A DNA stretch of 11,186 nucleotides, taken from positions 1 through 11,186 of the IMG/VR virus record IMGVR_UViG_2671180603_000013; one strand, written 5' to 3'. Origin of the DNA: a virus. Taxonomy: Duplodnaviria > Heunggongvirae > Uroviricota > Caudoviricetes. The notes below the pieces were generated by a model. It saw only the letters and a program-made list of their open reading frames with translations, made no database searches and had not been told where the DNA came from. Of this stretch, positions 7,534 to 11,186 are shown one piece after another; within the stretch, counting starts at the first letter, position 1, and each line of letters opens with the position of its first letter. A program made the position numbers and the translations under genes.

Positions 7534-7547
7534 CACTTATTTTCCCT

Positions 7548-7573
7548 GGCTCGCTTTTGCGGGCCTTTTTTTT
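7548..7573 (+). terminator. intrinsic terminator after tRNA cluster 2
   Basis: Stem GGCTCGC/GCGGGCC (one G-U pair), TTTT loop, followed by eight T. Confidence 0.6.
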
Positions 7574-7580
7574 AAATGTC

Positions 7581-7795
7581 TCACAATTCAGACGGTTGAC
7601 AGTTGTCTGTTTTGCGGGGAGTTTGTTAAAAGAAACTGGCATGGTGAATCCCCCTGTGCGGAGGGGCAATCAGCGAGTAGGTATATGGGATAATCGCGGA
7701 TTCAGGTGCTGGTACTGAATTCACCGGGAGGCACCCGGCATCATGCAATGGCACATAGCGCCACTCTCCAGCCCTCTCCGGAGGGGCTTTTCTGT
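7581..7795 (+). ncRNA. RNA-like cassette B (near-identical to cassette A)
   Basis: Same 5' motif (CTCACAATTCAG, TTGACA 7596-7601), same core, terminator 7770-7794. Confidence 0.4.
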
Positions 7796-7982
7796 GCCGG
7801 ATACATCACAGTTTCTGGAACCTTAGGTACTACAGTATCAGTCAGGGTGCTATATTTTCAGATGTGATGAAAGCCTGTCAGCAGGCAGGGCGTATCGGAA
7901 ATGACCCAGTAGAGAAAACGTTGACTCAGATACCGGTGCTGAGTTACCGGGAAACCGGCATCACATGACCGCTATCCTTCCA

Positions 7983-8010
7983 GGCCCATCCGCTCCGGTG
8001 GGCCTTTTTA
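7983..8010 (+). terminator. intrinsic terminator in the spacer between cassettes B and C
   Basis: GGCCCA...TGGGCC stem followed by TTTTTA. Confidence 0.5.
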
Positions 8011-8046
8011 CTGCAGAAAACAGGTTCCCCGTTAAATGCTATGTTG

Positions 8047-8280
8047 CTCACAATTCAGTAAGTTGACAGTTGCCTGTCAGACTGGGCATTTGTTAAAAAA
8101 ATTTCGCATGGTGAATCCCCCTGAGCGGAGGGGCGACTGGTGACGGTATAATCTCTGATTATCAAAACGAGAATGACGCGGGTTTAGTGGCACCGGGCTG
8201 AACTCACCGGGAGGCACCCGGCACCATGTGCATGATGATACAGATACGCGGCTTTAGCCCCTCTCCGGAGGGGTTTTCTT
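8047..8280 (+). ncRNA. RNA-like cassette C (diverged paralog of A and B)
   Basis: Conserved 5' motif (CTCACAATTCAG, TTGACA 8064-8069), conserved GCATGGTGAATCCCCCTG and CACCGGGAGGCACCCGGCACCATG blocks, diverged middle containing TGnTATAAT, terminator 8255-8279. Confidence 0.4.
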
Positions 8281-8285
8281 GTGGG

Positions 8286-8314
8286 CAAAAAAAGCCCGCG
8301 CTGGGAGACGCGGG
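8286..8314 (-). terminator. minus-strand intrinsic-terminator-like hairpin
   Basis: A7 run, then perfect 7 bp stem GCCCGCG/CGCGGGC with 8 nt loop; on the minus strand this reads hairpin followed by T7. Confidence 0.35.
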
Positions 8315-8508
8315 CGGCAAGGAATAAACAATAAAACGTGAAGTAATATTTCAGCTGGCGAATAATACCCCATAGTAATCACTCTGCGCAACTGCGCGGT
8401 CTTTTTCGAATTGCGGGCTGTCGTCTCTCTTCTGCCATTGTCCTGTAACTTCCGGACTTCAGCCCGCTCCTTATTTTACTCACAATATTATCCCGGCCGG
8501 GAGGATTC

Positions 8509-10362
8509 ATGGCATTTAAACACTATGACGTGGTCAGGGCGGCATCGCCGTCAGACCTTGCGAAACGACTGACACAAAAACTGAAGGAGGGCTGGCAGCC
8601 GTTTGGTAGTCCGGTGGCCATAACCCCTTATACCCTGATGCAGGCGATTGCAGCAGAAGGTGATGTGGTCGTCAGTGGTGCAACTGAGCCGGAGTGGTAC
8701 TACGTCATCGTACTGGCCGGGCAATCCAATGCCATGGCTTACGGTGAAGGTCTTCCGCTTCCGGATTCATACGATGCGCCCCATCCGCGCATTAAGCAAC
8801 TGGCCCGTCGTAACACAGTGACTCCCGGTGGTGAAGTATGCGTATTTAACGACATCATTCCTGCTGACCATTGTCTGCATGATGTTCAGGATATGAGTAC
8901 GATTAACCATCCCCGGGCTGACCTGAGCAAAGGGCAGTACGGCTGTGTCGGACAGGGCTTACATATTGCCAAAAAACTGCTTCCGTATATCCCTAATAAT
9001 GCGGGGATCCTGCTGGTACCATGCTGTCGTGGTGGTTCGGCATTCACCCAGGGCACGGAGGGGACATTCAGCGAGTCCACGGGGGCCAGTCAGGATTCGG
9101 CTCGCTGGGGAGTGGGTAAGCCGTTATATCAGGATCTGCTTTTCCGCACGAAGGCAGCATTGCAGAAAAACCCGAAAAACGTTTTGCTGGCGATATGCTG
9201 GATGCAGGGGGAATTCGATATGACGAATGCCAGTTACGCCCAGCAGCCAGCAGCATTTCTTGCAATGGTACAGCAGTTCCGTGCTGACCTTGCCGGGCTG
9301 GCGGCGCAGTGTCACGGTGGAAGTCCGGCATCAGTCCCCTGGATTTGTGGCGACACGACATACGCGTGGAAACAAGAACACGGTACGCAATATGAAGTGG
9401 TATATGGTGCATATAAAGGTAAAGAATCCCAGCAGATTTATTTTGTTCCCTTTATGACCGATGGTAGCGGAGTTAATACACCGACAAACAACCCGTCAGA
9501 AGATCCTGATATTGCCGGGTCTGGTTATTACGGTTCGGCATCCCGAACGAACAAAAACTGGGTATCATCAAATCGCCCGACGCATTTCAGCTCATGGGCG
9601 CGTCGTGGCATTATTCCCGATCGTATGGCAACTGCTATTCTGAACGTAGCCGGTCGCACCTTAGCCTTCATTAGTGGTAAGGCACCGGAAATCAAACCCT
9701 CGCCCGGCGGCGACACGCCATCGGGGCCGTCTGAAGATGCATCCATACGCACAATCTCCCTGTTGCCGACAGCCGGAGACGCTGCTGCGCAGGGCTGGAG
9801 CATTAAGAATGGCGGAGTTCAGTTGTCAGATGGTGTATTTAAGATCACCAAGCAGAGCAATAAAGCCTGGTCCCTGACGCGCCCGGTGGATGACGCAGTC
9901 TCCCTGCTGACACGGGGTGGCAGACTGAGCTGTAAGTTTCGACTGTCAGGCGCACTGACCACCAACCAGTTCGGTCTGGGAATTTATCTGTATACCGATG
10001 TAGCGTTACCTGACGTCGTGGCGATGACCGGGACTGGTAACCCGTTCCTGATGTCGTTCTTCACCCAGACCACAGACGGCAAACTGAATCTGATGCATCA
10101 CAAGAAAGCAGGAAACACAAAGTTGGGCGAGTTCGGGAATTACAGTAACGACTGGCTGACGCTGGAGCTGGTGTTCACCGCCGGCAGTGCCACGGTTACT
10201 CCGAAACTGAATGGAGTGGCTGGCCCGGCATTCCAGGTCATAAAAGACAGTCTGACACTGGGGCTGAATGCGCTGACGCTGACGGATATTACCAAAAATG
10301 CAGCGTATGGCGTTGAGATAGAAAGTCTGGTGCTGGAGATAAATGCACCGGCATCATCATAA
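8509..10362 (+). CDS. prophage sialate O-acetylesterase, NanS-p type (N-terminal DUF1737-like segment plus SGNH/SASA esterase domain)
   Basis: 617 aa. GQSN esterase motif (VLAGQSNAMAYGE) near residue 70; large C-terminal domain. Ribosome-binding site GGGAGGA just upstream. Recalled as the conserved gene downstream of stx in Stx phages. Confidence 0.85.
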   Translation: MAFKHYDVVRAASPSDLAKRLTQKLKEGWQPFGSPVAITPYTLMQAIAAEGDVVVSGATEPEWYYVIVLAGQSNAMAYGEGLPLPDSYDAPHPRIKQLARRNTVTPGGEVCVFNDIIPADHCLHDVQDMSTINHPRADLSKGQYGCVGQGLHIAKKLLPYIPNNAGILLVPCCRGGSAFTQGTEGTFSESTGASQDSARWGVGKPLYQDLLFRTKAALQKNPKNVLLAICWMQGEFDMTNASYAQQPAAFLAMVQQFRADLAGLAAQCHGGSPASVPWICGDTTYAWKQEHGTQYEVVYGAYKGKESQQIYFVPFMTDGSGVNTPTNNPSEDPDIAGSGYYGSASRTNKNWVSSNRPTHFSSWARRGIIPDRMATAILNVAGRTLAFISGKAPEIKPSPGGDTPSGPSEDASIRTISLLPTAGDAAAQGWSIKNGGVQLSDGVFKITKQSNKAWSLTRPVDDAVSLLTRGGRLSCKFRLSGALTTNQFGLGIYLYTDVALPDVVAMTGTGNPFLMSFFTQTTDGKLNLMHHKKAGNTKLGEFGNYSNDWLTLELVFTAGSATVTPKLNGVAGPAFQVIKDSLTLGLNALTLTDITKNAAYGVEIESLVLEINAPASS

Positions 10363-10512
10363 AAAGTGAGCCAGCCAAATGGAAGGTATCGTTAAACTCA
10401 CCGGTAGTGTCAGTGGGTCGTCTGAGATGCCTGCATGAGTTATCAGAGCCATCAGTACTTAACTGGTGGCTTTTTTTATTGTTGTCAGCTTCCGGATAAC
10501 GGGAGACGGGGT

Positions 10513-10728
10513 ATGTACCAGATGGAAAAAATCACAACAGGTGTGTCATACACCACGTCAGCGGTGGGAACGGGCTACTGGTTCCTGCAGTTGCTGGACA
10601 GGGTTTCCCCGTCTCAGTGGGCGGCAATAGGCGTGCTGGGGAGTCTGCTGTTTGGGCTGCTGACATATCTGACTAACCTGTATTTCAAAATCAGAGAGGA
10701 CCGTCGTAAGGCTGCACGGGGAGAGTAA
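10513..10728 (+). CDS. class II holin / pinholin (phage 21 S-like), dual-start motif
   Basis: 71 aa, [10 protein letters not shown]...[50 protein letters not shown]. Two start codons three codons apart (antiholin/holin arrangement); GGAGACGGGG ribosome-binding site. Closely resembles my recollection of S21. Confidence 0.85.
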   Translation: MYQMEKITTGVSYTTSAVGTGYWFLQLLDRVSPSQWAAIGVLGSLLFGLLTYLTNLYFKIREDRRKAARGE

Positions 10729-10732
10729 TTCA

Positions 10733-11047
10733 ATGACTCAAAACTATGAACTGATTGTGAAAGGGATCCGCAATTTTGAGAATAAAGTTACGGTAACTTT
10801 AGCGTTACGGGACAAAAAACGCTTTGACGGTGAAATTTTTGACCTGGACATCTCGCTGGACCGTGTTGAAGGTGCCGCGCTGGAGTTTTATGAGGCAGCA
10901 GCCAGAAGGAGCATCAGACAGGTCTTCCTGGATGTTGCTGCCGGGTTATGTGAAGGGGACGAGCTGTTGCCAGAAACGCGCCCCTGTTCAGAGGCGCGGT
11001 ATACCATAAAAATTAACAGTTCTGATAACTCGATTACGGGTTGTTAG
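10733..11047 (+). CDS. small protein between holin and endolysin (YdfR / DUF1327-like)
   Basis: 104 aa, tightly packed after the holin stop. Size and position match ydfR of the Qin prophage (recalled, not verified by alignment). Confidence 0.55.
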   Translation: MTQNYELIVKGIRNFENKVTVTLALRDKKRFDGEIFDLDISLDRVEGAALEFYEAAARRSIRQVFLDVAAGLCEGDELLPETRPCSEARYTIKINSSDNSITGC

Positions 11048-11102
11048 CTTTTTGCAGTTGGCTTTCCAGTATCTTTCATTGGTAGCATCCTGATAAATAT
11101 CC

Positions 11103-11186
11103 ATGAGCGCAAAAATCAAATACGGCCTGTCAGCTGCTGTTCTGGCGCTGATTGCAAAATGGCATCTGAATCGATCGCAGTTTGGC
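11103..11186 (+). CDS. 5' end of probable endolysin (runs off the window)
   Basis: MSAKIKYGLSAAVLALIA matches the N-terminus I recall for lambdoid prophage lysozymes (RrrQ-like); sequence then diverges (KWHLNRSQFG). No clear ribosome-binding site. Confidence 0.4.
   Translation, partial: MSAKIKYGLSAAVLALIAKWHLNRSQFG

Noticed and set aside
7463-7718. ORFs 7463..7669 (-) and 7485..7718 (+)
   Set aside because: They run across a tRNA gene, an intrinsic terminator and RNA cassette B; incompatible with those better-supported features.
4541-8508. Shiga-toxin genes (A subunit ~320 aa, B subunit ~90 aa with signal peptides) between the tRNAs and nanS-p
   Set aside because: No ORFs of appropriate size or character exist in either tRNA-to-nanS-p interval, which are occupied by RNA-like cassettes, the AT-rich gene and the methyltransferase.
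8886-9877. Multiple short ORFs on both strands inside 8509..10362
   Set aside because: Nested within the 617 aa esterase gene, whose frame is supported by length and the GQSN motif.
10435-10512. Upstream extension of the holin ORF to ATG 10435 (97 aa form), and ORF 10824..11009
   Set aside because: The ribosome-binding site GGAGACGGGG sits immediately before ATG 10513 and the 71 aa product matches pinholin length; the extension would add a non-conserved N-terminal 26 aa. ORF 10824..11009 is an alternative frame inside the 104 aa gene.

Overview
This window reads as the late-regulatory and moron region of a lambdoid prophage of the enterobacterial (E. coli-type) kind, all on the + strand apart from one AT-rich gene. 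Order: end of the nin region (two small ORFs, a DUF968/YdfU-like protein, RusA resolvase), a truncated Q-like 5' fragment, an 80-85 aa coiled-coil ORF, a second diverged RusA, a full-length 284 aa Q-like antiterminator with a pR'-like promoter and intrinsic terminator at its 3' end, a three-tRNA cluster (CAU, degenerate tRNA-like, Arg-UCU), a ~650 bp insertion, a promoter-to-terminator RNA-like cassette, an AT-rich island with a minus-strand ORF, a beta-class DNA methyltransferase, a second tRNA cluster (CAU, Arg-UCG, Arg-UCU), two more RNA-like cassettes, a NanS-p-type sialate O-acetylesterase, and the start of a lysis cassette (S21-like pinholin, YdfR-like ORF, endolysin N-terminus). No Shiga-toxin-like A/B ORFs are present in the position stx usually occupies. 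The most interesting signals are the three paralogous ~200 bp RNA-like cassettes, the mosaic duplication of the rusA-Q and tRNA modules, the degenerate middle tRNA, the AT-rich moron gene, and a recombination scar fusing a nanS-p start fragment to the methyltransferase. All identifications rest on reading the sequence and on recall of protein families; no searches were run.
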